Positions 45,006 to 53,069 of a stretch of DNA of 64,000 bases are shown here, one piece after another. Source of the stretch: an uncultured Lentisphaeria bacterium (GTDB taxonomy: Bacteria; Verrucomicrobiota; Lentisphaeria; Victivallales; Victivallaceae). Position numbers and translations under genes: made by a program. The first letter of the stretch is position 1. Each line of letters opens with the position of its first letter. The notes beneath the pieces were generated by a model, which saw only the letters and a program-made list of their open reading frames with translations, was not told the origin of the DNA and made no database searches. The DNA lies in assembly GCA_937888615.1 (NCBI GenBank), contig CALABZ010000086.1:342-64341 (forward strand), read 5' to 3'.

Positions 45006-45652
45006 GTGAATTATCCACTACCGAAATGTTGATTCTGCGCAAGAGCCCCTACCGCGAAAGCAGTCTCATCGCCGCCGGAATCACCCCCGAAAACGGACGC
45101 CTCGACCTGGTGGTTAAGGGCGAATTGGCGTTCAGCAAAAAGAAATTTCCGGTCATCGACCTTTTCCGCGAGATTCAAGTCGAATTCGCCCGCAGTCCGC
45201 AGTCCACACTGCATAATCTGTGCCAGGCGGAGGTCATCGCCGACTGCGGCGAAGAACTGGCCGCCGCCCACGACAACTTTCTGCTGGCCTCGGAACTCGG
45301 CGAATTGATCCTGAAAACCGCCAAACCGGACCTCCCCTGTCCTGAAACCTTCGACGCCGCCCTGAACGTCCTGGGAATGCTCAGCCGCATTGCCGCGGAC
45401 GAACCGCAGGCCCCCGCCAAGCGTGCCCGTTGCGCCGCCATGATGAAGCTGGTCATCCTCAGCGAAAACGGCCTGCTGCCGGAATACCTCGACCCCGATC
45501 CCGATGCCAACGTCGAAAAACACGATCTGCTCGACCATATCCTCGCCGCCGCCCAGGGGCTCGACGACCCGCCCGTCAACACCGGACGTTTCTGGACGCA
45601 GATGAACCAATGGGCCGATCAGTTGATCGCCAAAGCGGAATTGTGCGGATGA
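45002..45652 (+). CDS. recO: DNA repair protein RecO
   Basis: The start is taken at the ATGA overlap with the upstream stop. MSELSTTEMLILRKSPYRESSLIAAGITPENGRLDLVVKG...IDLFREIQVEF fits the RecO N-terminal OB-fold pattern. Confidence 0.65.
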   Translation: MSELSTTEMLILRKSPYRESSLIAAGITPENGRLDLVVKGELAFSKKKFPVIDLFREIQVEFARSPQSTLHNLCQAEVIADCGEELAAAHDNFLLASELGELILKTAKPDLPCPETFDAALNVLGMLSRIAADEPQAPAKRARCAAMMKLVILSENGLLPEYLDPDPDANVEKHDLLDHILAAAQGLDDPPVNTGRFWTQMNQWADQLIAKAELCG

Positions 45653-46128
45653 CCGACGAAGAATTACAGGTGATGAAAAGCGCGGTCCGCATATTGACCC
45701 GCCGGCCGCATTCGCGCAAGGAGCTGATCGACAAGCTGATGGCGCGCGACTTCCGTTACCCCGCCGTGCTGGCGGTGATCCGGGAATGCGAGAAACACGG
45801 TTATCTGAACGACCGCCAGATGGTCGAGGATTACGCCGACGAACTCGCCGCCCGCGGCCACGGCGATTTTAAAATCAAGCTGAAACTGCGCAGCAAAGGG
45901 CTTTCCCCCGACCTGATCACCGAAAAACTGGAGGCGCTGAACGAAGATTCGCCCCCCGCCGAACGCGCCGAACAGGCTCTGGAACATCGGCTGCCCGCCC
46001 TGAACCGTGAAAAAGATCCCCGCAAACGCCGCGAAAAGGCTTACCGTTTCCTCGCTTCACGCGGTTTCGACGGCGAAAGTATCCGGGCCGCGCTGGAGCA
46101 TATGGAGAATGATGATGAAGATTATTGA
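45649..46128 (+). CDS. recX: Regulatory protein RecX
   Basis: ATGA overlap with recO. AVRILTRRPHSRKELIDKLMARDF...VIRECEKHGYLNDRQMVEDYADEL...KAYRFLASRGFDGESI shows three-helix repeats typical of RecX. Confidence 0.85.
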   Translation: MTDEELQVMKSAVRILTRRPHSRKELIDKLMARDFRYPAVLAVIRECEKHGYLNDRQMVEDYADELAARGHGDFKIKLKLRSKGLSPDLITEKLEALNEDSPPAERAEQALEHRLPALNREKDPRKRREKAYRFLASRGFDGESIRAALEHMENDDEDY

Positions 46129-46972
46129 TGCGCACATTCATTTCGGCGTCAGCGAAGGCTTCGACCATGTAGCGCAGGAGTCCAGGCAGGTCAACAGCGT
46201 GGAATTTCTCGCCAAAGCTTTTGCCGACAACCATGTCGTCCAAGCCATCGCGATGGGTACCCGGCGCGGCGACAACTCCGCCGTCTGTTCCCCGCAGACC
46301 CCGGACCTCGGCGGCAAACTTAATCCAGAACACTACAACCAGCCGGACTTCATCCGCTACTGCTGCGGCGTGGACAGTTCGGCCCTGCCGGGCTGCGACC
46401 TTGCCCAATCCCTGGCCGAATTCGAACAACTGTTGCGTACTCCTCAATGCGTGGGCATAAAGATATACACCGGCTACAATCATCTGTACCCGCACGACCG
46501 CATTCATTACCCCTTTTACGAGCTGGCGCAGCAGTACGACGTGCCGGTGGTGCTGCATACCGGCGACACCGCCGGAACCCGCGGGCTGGTCAAGTATTCA
46601 CACCCGTTGGAAATCGATGAGCTGGCGATGGCGTTTCCACAGGTGCGCTTCGTCATGGCGCATTACGGCAATCCCTGGATTGTCGACGCTACCGAAGTGG
46701 CGATTAAAAATCCGAACGTCTTCATCGATCTATCAGGACTTGCCGCCGGGGACTTCAGCGTGGACGATTTTTTCGAGAACTACCGCGGCTATGTGGAGCA
46801 CCTGCGGACCTGGATGGCGTACCTGTCCGATTACGGCAAATTCATGTACGGTTCCGACTGGCCGCTGGTACGCGTCGACACCTACATCGAACTGATCCGG
46901 CGGCTGACGCCGGAGAAATACCACCCGCAGATTTTTTACGAAAACGCCAAGCGCGTCTTTACCAGACTCTGA
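46109..46972 (+). CDS. Amidohydrolase-2-type TIM-barrel metal-dependent hydrolase
   Basis: MMMKIIDAHIHFG...VVLHTGD...FVMAHYGNPW...YGSDWP, i.e. the HxH, His and Asp metal ligands in order. Confidence 0.8.
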   Translation: MMMKIIDAHIHFGVSEGFDHVAQESRQVNSVEFLAKAFADNHVVQAIAMGTRRGDNSAVCSPQTPDLGGKLNPEHYNQPDFIRYCCGVDSSALPGCDLAQSLAEFEQLLRTPQCVGIKIYTGYNHLYPHDRIHYPFYELAQQYDVPVVLHTGDTAGTRGLVKYSHPLEIDELAMAFPQVRFVMAHYGNPWIVDATEVAIKNPNVFIDLSGLAAGDFSVDDFFENYRGYVEHLRTWMAYLSDYGKFMYGSDWPLVRVDTYIELIRRLTPEKYHPQIFYENAKRVFTRL

Positions 46973-46978
46973 CGGAGT

Positions 46979-47812
46979 TCAACGGAACTTCTCGGCCTGA
47001 TAAATCCGGGTTTCCCGGTATTCGGCGTCCGGATCGCTGAAAAAACAGGTGAATGGTTTGTTGCTGCGCCCTTTCACGTATTCAAGAGTTTTGCGGTCCA
47101 GCGCGACAATGGCGCTGACCGCCCCGGCCCGCGCCGCCATGCCGCACAGCTTCATCCGTTCGGCAAGTCCAAGCTTCTCTACCGTCGAGCCGCAGAATTC
47201 CAGCGCACAGCCGGCAGCGGCGCCGCCGATATCTTCAAGCAGGTTGGCGATTATGCGTTCCGTACCGACATTTTCCGGCAGTTTGCCGTTGATTTCAATT
47301 TTCAGCGATGGCGGCACGGTAAGTCCGTAGATGCCGGTTCCCATGATTGCCGCCGCGCCGGCACTGCCGACCCCGGAAGCGAAAAGTCCGAACGCCCCGT
47401 GTTGGCAAGTCATCGGATCGGTGCCGAACAGCACTTCGCCGGGTCGGCAATGGCCGCGTTTCGGCAACGCCTGATGGCAGTTTCCGATATAGTCGGTGGT
47501 GTCCGGGTCATAAAAGTACGGAAGCCCCTGTTCTTCGACGAACTCGCGTATCGCCGCCAGACGCCGACGATACGTCTCTTCGTCCGGCACAGCCTCGTGT
47601 CCGGGGATAATGACCACGCCGTCACGGCGGAAAATCCTGCCGTCCGCCCCGAATTCGCGTTTGAAAATATCAATGACTTCCGGACCGCGAACTTCATGAG
47701 TCAGCAGTACATCGACATGGACCCGAATCTTGTCGCCGGGTTTGATCGCGTCCTGCCCGGCCGCATGGGCCAGAATGTATTCGGTAATCGTCATTCCCAT
47801 AATTTCAGACAT
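46979..47812 (-). CDS. Aconitase-family (LeuC/HacA N-terminal-like) protein, truncated and degenerate
   Basis: MTITEYILAHAAGQDAIKPGDKIRVHVDVLLTHE...GNCHQALPKRGHCRPGEVLFGTDPMTCQHGAFGLFASGVGSAGAA...ERMKLCGMAARAGAV aligns by eye with LeuC domains 1-2. The protein stops at 277 aa, and DSHT is replaced by DPMT. Confidence 0.55.
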   Translation of the reverse strand: MSEIMGMTITEYILAHAAGQDAIKPGDKIRVHVDVLLTHEVRGPEVIDIFKREFGADGRIFRRDGVVIIPGHEAVPDEETYRRRLAAIREFVEEQGLPYFYDPDTTDYIGNCHQALPKRGHCRPGEVLFGTDPMTCQHGAFGLFASGVGSAGAAAIMGTGIYGLTVPPSLKIEINGKLPENVGTERIIANLLEDIGGAAAGCALEFCGSTVEKLGLAERMKLCGMAARAGAVSAIVALDRKTLEYVKGRSNKPFTCFFSDPDAEYRETRIYQAEKFR

Positions 47813-47841
47813 CCTCTATTGATTGTCATGCTTATACTCAA

Positions 47842-48705
47842 TTAGGGTAATGGCGGCAGTAATTTGTCGAACAAGTAAAGGATGAAACTGTCGCCGATAA
47901 TCCATATGCAGGTCGCCGCCGCCAGAAATGGCCCGAACGGAACCGCCAGTCTAGACAAAGACTTGCCCCGCGCCAATGCCGCGCCAAACCCGATCAGCGT
48001 ACCCGCCACCGAGGCGATCAACAGTATCGAAAACGCGGCGAACGGCCCGAGGCAGGCGCCGAGCGCCGCGATGTATTTGACATCCCCCAGCCCGAAAGCA
48101 TCCTGACGGAAGATTTTCTCGCCGAGGAACGACACGCCCCACATCACCAGCCCGCACCCCAGCAGGGTAAAAATCGCATACGAGGCCGCCAGCAAATGGT
48201 TCTCCTGCCGCCAGGTTTCAGGAAACACCAACGCACTGACCAGCCCCAGAATCATGGTCGGAAATGTGATGCGGTCCGGGATGATCAGGTGTTCGAAATC
48301 GATAAAAGCCGTAGTCACCGCCAGCATGATCAGCCCGAAATAAAGCGGTAGAAATGTCAACGGATACCCCAGATAAACCACCTTGACAAATACCAGCAGG
48401 AACAGAACCCCGGTTAACAGTTCGACCAGAAAATAACGGATCGTGATCGGTTGCGCGCAGCCGCTGCATTTTCCGCGAAGCGCCAGCCAACTGACCAGCG
48501 GAATATTCTCGTACCAACGGATGTGATGTCCGCATTTGGGACAATGCGAGGGGGCGGTGACCACCGATTCCCCGCGCGGAATCCGCCAGATGCAAACATT
48601 CAGGAAACTGCCGATACAACAGCCGAGCCAGAAAACAAACACTGAAAACAAGACCGGCATTTCCTGAATCATCTCATAAAGGGTGGTAGTTGCGGGCGGT
48701 GTCAT
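47842..48705 (-). CDS. Prepilin peptidase (A24 family, PilD/GspO-like)
   Basis: The start is moved to MTPPATT at 48705, 5 nt after the upstream stop. Motifs GSFLNVCIWRIP, the zinc-ribbon CPKCGHHIRWYENIPLVSWLALRGKCSGC, IPDRIT and GLGDVKY. Confidence 0.9.
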   Translation of the reverse strand: MTPPATTTLYEMIQEMPVLFSVFVFWLGCCIGSFLNVCIWRIPRGESVVTAPSHCPKCGHHIRWYENIPLVSWLALRGKCSGCAQPITIRYFLVELLTGVLFLLVFVKVVYLGYPLTFLPLYFGLIMLAVTTAFIDFEHLIIPDRITFPTMILGLVSALVFPETWRQENHLLAASYAIFTLLGCGLVMWGVSFLGEKIFRQDAFGLGDVKYIAALGACLGPFAAFSILLIASVAGTLIGFGAALARGKSLSRLAVPFGPFLAAATCIWIIGDSFILYLFDKLLPPLP

Positions 48706-48710
48706 GATTT

Positions 48711-50648
48711 TTACTTCTGCTCCATTTTTTCGATTGCGTCGTTCAAAGCTTTGCGCATGATTTCCACCGGGGCGCTCAACCCGGTCCATAGTTCAAAAGC
48801 ACGGGCCCCCTGATGCAACAGCATGCCGCGTCCGTCCGCCGCGGGCAGTTGACGCTCGCGCATCCATTTGAGCAAAGGGGTCTGCTTGTAGATCGTGTCG
48901 AAAAACGGCAATCCCTTGATCAGTTCGGGATTCACCGGCATCGGATCATCCGCTTTCAGCCCGAGGCTCGTCCCCTGAATCACCACCTTGGAAGCGGCGG
49001 CCAGAGCCCGGATGTGATCCTCGTCATCAAGGGCTGAACAATCTGTCTTGAGCTTGGGAAAATGCGATTTCAATTCGGCGGCCAAATCACACGCCTTGCT
49101 CAATGTGCGATTCGCAAAAAACAATTTTGAGGCCCCGGTGGCGGCGAAACAGAACGCCGTCGCCTTCACCGCTCCGCCGCACCCCAAAAACAGAATCGAA
49201 CTGCCCTGAATCATCAGTCCGAATGCTTCGAACAATGCCATCGCCAATCCGTAACCGTCCGTCGAATACCCGGACAGTTTCCCGTCCCGGATCACAACGG
49301 TGTTGACGCTGGCGGCCCGACGGGCCGACTCCTCCACTTCATCCAGAAAAGGAATAATGTTCTCCTTGTGGGGGACAGTAATGTTGAATCCGAGCAATTT
49401 CTCCCGGGCCTCTTCCACAAAACCAGCCAGTTCGTCTTTGGATACCTCCACTTTGTCGTAAGGAGAGCCCAGGCCCGCCGCCTTGAACGCTGCATTCTGC
49501 ATCTGCGGGGACAACGAATGCGCCACCGGATGCCCGATCACCACATATTGGGTTCTGCGCAGATAAAAATGCTTTGAATTGCCCATCTTGTCATAACCGA
49601 TGGACTCGTTAATGTCCCGGATTGATTTTTCAAGGGCCTTTCTGGATTGCTCGGAATTCTCATCAATCCCGGGCTTGCCGCTGTAGAGCTGATACCCCGC
49701 GCGATAATGAGTATCGGTAATATTCGGCATGAGGACATTGGCCCCGGCCAACAGCCCGAGTTCACGCCCATTGGCGGACAACGCCTGCAGCGCAGTGGTC
49801 GAAGCAATATTGATATCCTTCAGCAAAATCCGGGCGCAGGCAATCATTTTCAATCCCAGTTCAAGCTGTTTCTGGCGGCGCACGTCGAAATCCGGCATAG
49901 CGGCCGCCAGCGGCGTCTGCGGATGCACCAGGTACGGTCCCATCCCGATCATGTCAATGTCCATTCGTTGAAAAAAACGCAGATCGTGGACCAGATTGTC
50001 CAGCGACTGATACGGCAGTCCGATCATGACACCGGTCCCGGTCTGGTATCCGACGGTCTGGAGGTCGAGCAGGCATTGCAGCCGCCGCTGGTAGGAATGG
50101 TCGCTCGGATGCAGTTTGGCGTACAACTCAGGATCTGAAGCCTCGATCCGCAGCAGATACCGAAGCGCCCCGGCCTCCAGCCAGCGCCGGTAAGTTTCAA
50201 TCGTCTGTTCGCCGAGCGAAAGGGTAATTCCAAGCTGGCCGTTGGTACGCCGCGTGATCTCCTTGAGAATGTATTCGATAAAATCAATGAATTCTTCGTC
50301 ATTGCGTTCGCCGCCCTGCAGAACGATGGAACCGTAGTGGTTATTCTGGGCCCAGATAACATTCTTCATGATTTCATTCTTTGTCAGCCAGAACCGCTTG
50401 ACATCGTGGTTGCTTTTGCGGATGCCGCAATAAAAACAGTCTTTATTGCAGATGTTGCTGAGCTCGACCAGCCCGCGAAAATAGACCACACGCCCGACGT
50501 ATTTGGTTTTCACCTCATAGGCCAGTTGATAAAGGCGTTGCAATTCGTCCGGGTCGGTAAGTCCCAGCAAATGTTTCAACCCGGCGTCATCCGGCTCACC
50601 GCCGTTTTCAATAAATTTGAAAAGTTCTTCCGTATTCATAATTTCCAT
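48711..50648 (-). CDS. Fusion protein: HydE/BioB-like radical SAM domain plus shikimate dehydrogenase (AroE)
   Basis: The N-terminal ~355 aa read GLVELSNICNKDCFYCGIRKSN (CxxxCxxC)...VLQGGERND. The C-terminal ~280 aa read VIGHPVAHSLSPQMQNAAF...NITVPHKE...NTV...STDGYG...GCGGAVKA...ANR...LLHQGARAFELWTG, covering all the AroE motifs. Confidence 0.85.
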   Translation of the reverse strand: MEIMNTEELFKFIENGGEPDDAGLKHLLGLTDPDELQRLYQLAYEVKTKYVGRVVYFRGLVELSNICNKDCFYCGIRKSNHDVKRFWLTKNEIMKNVIWAQNNHYGSIVLQGGERNDEEFIDFIEYILKEITRRTNGQLGITLSLGEQTIETYRRWLEAGALRYLLRIEASDPELYAKLHPSDHSYQRRLQCLLDLQTVGYQTGTGVMIGLPYQSLDNLVHDLRFFQRMDIDMIGMGPYLVHPQTPLAAAMPDFDVRRQKQLELGLKMIACARILLKDINIASTTALQALSANGRELGLLAGANVLMPNITDTHYRAGYQLYSGKPGIDENSEQSRKALEKSIRDINESIGYDKMGNSKHFYLRRTQYVVIGHPVAHSLSPQMQNAAFKAAGLGSPYDKVEVSKDELAGFVEEAREKLLGFNITVPHKENIIPFLDEVEESARRAASVNTVVIRDGKLSGYSTDGYGLAMALFEAFGLMIQGSSILFLGCGGAVKATAFCFAATGASKLFFANRTLSKACDLAAELKSHFPKLKTDCSALDDEDHIRALAAASKVVIQGTSLGLKADDPMPVNPELIKGLPFFDTIYKQTPLLKWMRERQLPAADGRGMLLHQGARAFELWTGLSAPVEIMRKALNDAIEKMEQK

Positions 50649-50743
50649 AAAATCACAATTTCATTTCTCTTGTATGATTAAAATATCAACAAGTACGATT
50701 TCTTCAAGGTGGAACCCGGAAAAATATGCTTAAAATCCGAATA

Positions 50744-50776
50744 TGGCATTGACATTGCCGGAATTGCGGCTATAAG
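50744..50776 (+). promoter_or_regulatory. Overlapping sigma-54-like (TGGCAT-N5-TTGC) and sigma-70-like (TTGACA-16-TATAAG) promoter motifs upstream of the activator gene
   Basis: TGGCATTGACATTGC at 50744-50758. TTGACA at 50749-50754, a 16-nt spacer, then TATAAG at 50771-50776. The ATG is at 50814. Confidence 0.4.
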
Positions 50777-50813
50777 ATAGAGAAACAGATTTTACCAGGA
50801 CAAACCGGAATAT

Positions 50814-52160
50814 ATGACCGTAAAGAACAAAAAAACGCTGACGAAAGCTTCGACCGAAGCGATTCTCGAAAGTATCTCGGACGGCGTTTTCACCGTTGAC
50901 AGCGAATGGCGCATCAGCTCATTCAACCGCGCTGCGGAAACCATTACCGGCATCGATCGGGACGACGCCATCGGGCGCCCCTGCTCGGAAGTCTTCAAAT
51001 CCAGCATGTGCGAAACCTCCTGTGCCCTCCGCAACACTCTCGAAACCGGCAAACAAACGGTTAACCGCACCGGATTCATCATCGACCGCCAGGGACGCAA
51101 AATTCCGGTCAGTGTCTCCACCGCGGTACTGCGCGACGCCTCGGGACGGGTGATCGGCGGTGCCGAAACGTTCCGCGATCTTAGCGAAGTGGAAGCCCTC
51201 CGGCACGAGCTTTCCGAACGCAGCCGCCTCGGTGACCTGGTCACCCGGAGCTCCTCGATGCGCCAGATCAGCGAACTCGCCCCGCTGGTGGCCGCCAGCT
51301 CCTCCACCGTACTGATCAACGGCGAAACCGGCACCGGCAAGGAACTGCTGGCCCGGGCGATCCACGGCATGAGCAAACGCGCCGCCAAACCGTTCGTCGC
51401 CATCAACTGCGGCGCATTGCCGGATACCCTGCTCGAATCGGAACTTTTCGGCTACCGCAAAGGCGCGTTCACCGGCGCGACCCAGGACAAGCCGGGATTG
51501 TTCGCCCGCGCCGCCGCCGGTACGCTGTTCCTGGACGAAATCGGCGACATCTCTCCGGCGCTCCAAATCCGATTGCTGCGGGTGTTGCAGGAACACACCT
51601 ACGAGCCACTGGGCGGAACCCGCGCGGTAAGTACCGATGCCCGGGTCATAGCCGCCACGCACCGCGACCTCGCCGAACTGGTCAAAAACGGCCGCTTCCG
51701 CGAAGACCTTTATTATCGGATCAACGTGATCCGGTTAGAATTGCCGCCGCTGCGCCGCCGCAAAGAAGACATCCCGCTGCTGGTCGAACACTTTATCGAA
51801 CGTTTCAACCGCCTCCAACAGAAAAATATCGCGGGGATCGCCCCCGCCGCCCTCGAACTGCTGTTCGCCCACGACTGGCCCGGCAATGTGCGGGAACTGG
51901 AAAATGTCATCGAACGGGCGTTCGTCATCTGTACCGGCGACAGAATCACCCCCGAAAACCTGCCCGAAGAACTGACCGGGCGCGCCGGCAAAAATCGTTC
52001 CGGCGGCATCGGCGCGGCGGTAAACCAGGCCGAACGCCAATCCATTCAGGCGGCGTTGCAGAATTGCAACGGAAATTGTCAGGCCGCCGCCCGGATGTTG
52101 GGCGTTCACAAGACCACACTCTACCGGAAAATGAAGGTTCTCGGCCTCAAACGTCCCTGA
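50814..52160 (+). CDS. Sigma-54-dependent transcriptional activator (PAS sensor, AAA+, Fis-type HTH; no receiver domain)
   Basis: PAS: [33 protein letters not shown]+: [19 protein letters not shown], the GAFTGA loop ([10 protein letters not shown]), [19 protein letters not shown]-terminal HTH: [18 protein letters not shown]. Confidence 0.93.
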   Translation: MTVKNKKTLTKASTEAILESISDGVFTVDSEWRISSFNRAAETITGIDRDDAIGRPCSEVFKSSMCETSCALRNTLETGKQTVNRTGFIIDRQGRKIPVSVSTAVLRDASGRVIGGAETFRDLSEVEALRHELSERSRLGDLVTRSSSMRQISELAPLVAASSSTVLINGETGTGKELLARAIHGMSKRAAKPFVAINCGALPDTLLESELFGYRKGAFTGATQDKPGLFARAAAGTLFLDEIGDISPALQIRLLRVLQEHTYEPLGGTRAVSTDARVIAATHRDLAELVKNGRFREDLYYRINVIRLELPPLRRRKEDIPLLVEHFIERFNRLQQKNIAGIAPAALELLFAHDWPGNVRELENVIERAFVICTGDRITPENLPEELTGRAGKNRSGGIGAAVNQAERQSIQAALQNCNGNCQAAARMLGVHKTTLYRKMKVLGLKRP

Positions 52161-52174
52161 TCGCATTTTCTCAA

Positions 52175-52220
52175 GTTGCAATATTGCACCCATCATCTTT
52201 GAAAGTCGCAATATTGCTAC
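52175..52220. promoter_or_regulatory. Two palindromic upstream activator sites (GCAATATTGC cores) spaced 30 bp
   Basis: TGCAATATTGCA at 52177-52188 (a perfect 12-bp palindrome) and GCAATATTGC at 52208-52217. The centres are 30 bp apart and lie about 87 and 117 bp upstream of the -24 element. Confidence 0.55.
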
Positions 52221-52297
52221 CTATTTCTCTATCTACTATCCGTCCGCAAAAGCCACAAGACACTACAATCAAAAACCTTACAATAATACACAAAACA

Positions 52298-52312
52298 TGG
52301 CACGGCGTTTGC
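52298..52312 (+). promoter_or_regulatory. Sigma-54 (-24/-12) promoter
   Basis: TGGCACGGCGTTTGC (followed by T) matches the TGGCACG-N4-TTGCW consensus at every specified position. It lies about 40 nt upstream of the ATG at 52353. Confidence 0.8.
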
Positions 52313-52352
52313 TCTATAATCTTTCGTAACTGAAAACGAATATGGATACACC

Positions 52353-52727
52353 ATGAAAATCGCTTTAACCGTATGGAATGGCCGGATCGCACCGGTTTTT
52401 GATGTCGCCGGACGCCTGCTGATCGTCGATGAAGGGCAGGATTTGAAAGACGGCATGGAATGCGTCATGGCGGAAATGGAATGCCTCCCGGTCCGCATTA
52501 CCCGACTGAAACGGCTGGGCGTCGATGTCCTGGTCTGCGGCGCGATTTCCCGTCCGGCCCGAATGCTGGCGGAAAGTCAGGGCATCCGACTTCACGGTTT
52601 TATCTCCGGCAATCTTGAGGACGTATTTGAAGCATGGCGAAACAACAAACTCGACCACGAAAGTTTTGCCATGCCAGGATGCGCGCACCGTCATCACTGT
52701 TGCCGCCGCCGAAAAATGAAGATGTAA
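52353..52727 (+). CDS. NifX/NifB-type (dinitrogenase FeMo-cofactor-binding family) domain protein with a Cys/His-rich tail
   Basis: MKIALTVWNGRIAPVFDVAGRLLIV...LKRLGVDVLVCGAISRPARMLAESQGIRL. The tail is PGCAHRHHCCRRRK. Confidence 0.85.
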   Translation: MKIALTVWNGRIAPVFDVAGRLLIVDEGQDLKDGMECVMAEMECLPVRITRLKRLGVDVLVCGAISRPARMLAESQGIRLHGFISGNLEDVFEAWRNNKLDHESFAMPGCAHRHHCCRRRKMKM

Positions 52728-52775
52728 TGCACCATGGTGTCCGAAATAACCAAATCAACAAAAGGAGTCAATATC

Positions 52776-53000
52776 ATGCCGAACGGTGATGGAACCGGTC
52801 CCCTCGGAACGGGACCCAGATGGGGCGCGGGATGCCGCGCCGGAAATAACAACCCCGGAATGGGTTTCGGCCGGAAAAACGGCGGGCGCGGCGCATGGTG
52901 CCGTAATTTTCCTGCGGACCGGACGACGCTGGAACGGCAGGCGGAAGTCCTGCAGACACGCTTAGATGCCGTCAAACGCCAAATGGATGACAAATCCTGA
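52776..53000 (+). CDS. DUF5320-like small Gly-rich protein with a C-terminal coiled coil
   Basis: The start is moved to MPNGDGTGPLGTGPRWGAGCRAG (RBS AAAGGAG 8 nt upstream). The MP(R/N)GDGTGP opening and the C-terminal helix LERQAEVLQTRLDAVKRQM match what I recall of DUF5320. Confidence 0.7.
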   Translation: MPNGDGTGPLGTGPRWGAGCRAGNNNPGMGFGRKNGGRGAWCRNFPADRTTLERQAEVLQTRLDAVKRQMDDKS

Positions 53001-53028
53001 CCCGCGTCCGATAACTCTATATAACTCT

Positions 53029-53054
53029 CCCGGCGGCGGTTTTCCGCCGCCGGG
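53029..53054 (+). other. Perfect 11-bp GC-rich hairpin inside the operon (intercistronic)
   Basis: CCCGGCGGCGG-tttt-CCGCCGCCGGG, followed by AATGGAGATTACATTATG, so there is no U-tract and the next gene's RBS comes immediately after. Confidence 0.6.
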
Positions 53055-53069
53055 AATGGAGATTACATT

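Noticed and set aside
44555-45652. N-terminally extended ORF versions (38097, 44555, 45430, 46007, 47842-48789, 52734, 55128, 56347, 58532, 61538-62878, 12089, 17555-22027, 4832-6679)
   Set aside because: The extensions overlap the preceding gene in another frame and translate to Arg/Pro-rich or otherwise featureless sequence. Internal ATGs with an RBS or ATGA/TAATG coupling give N-termini that match signal peptides or family starts, so I called the shorter versions.
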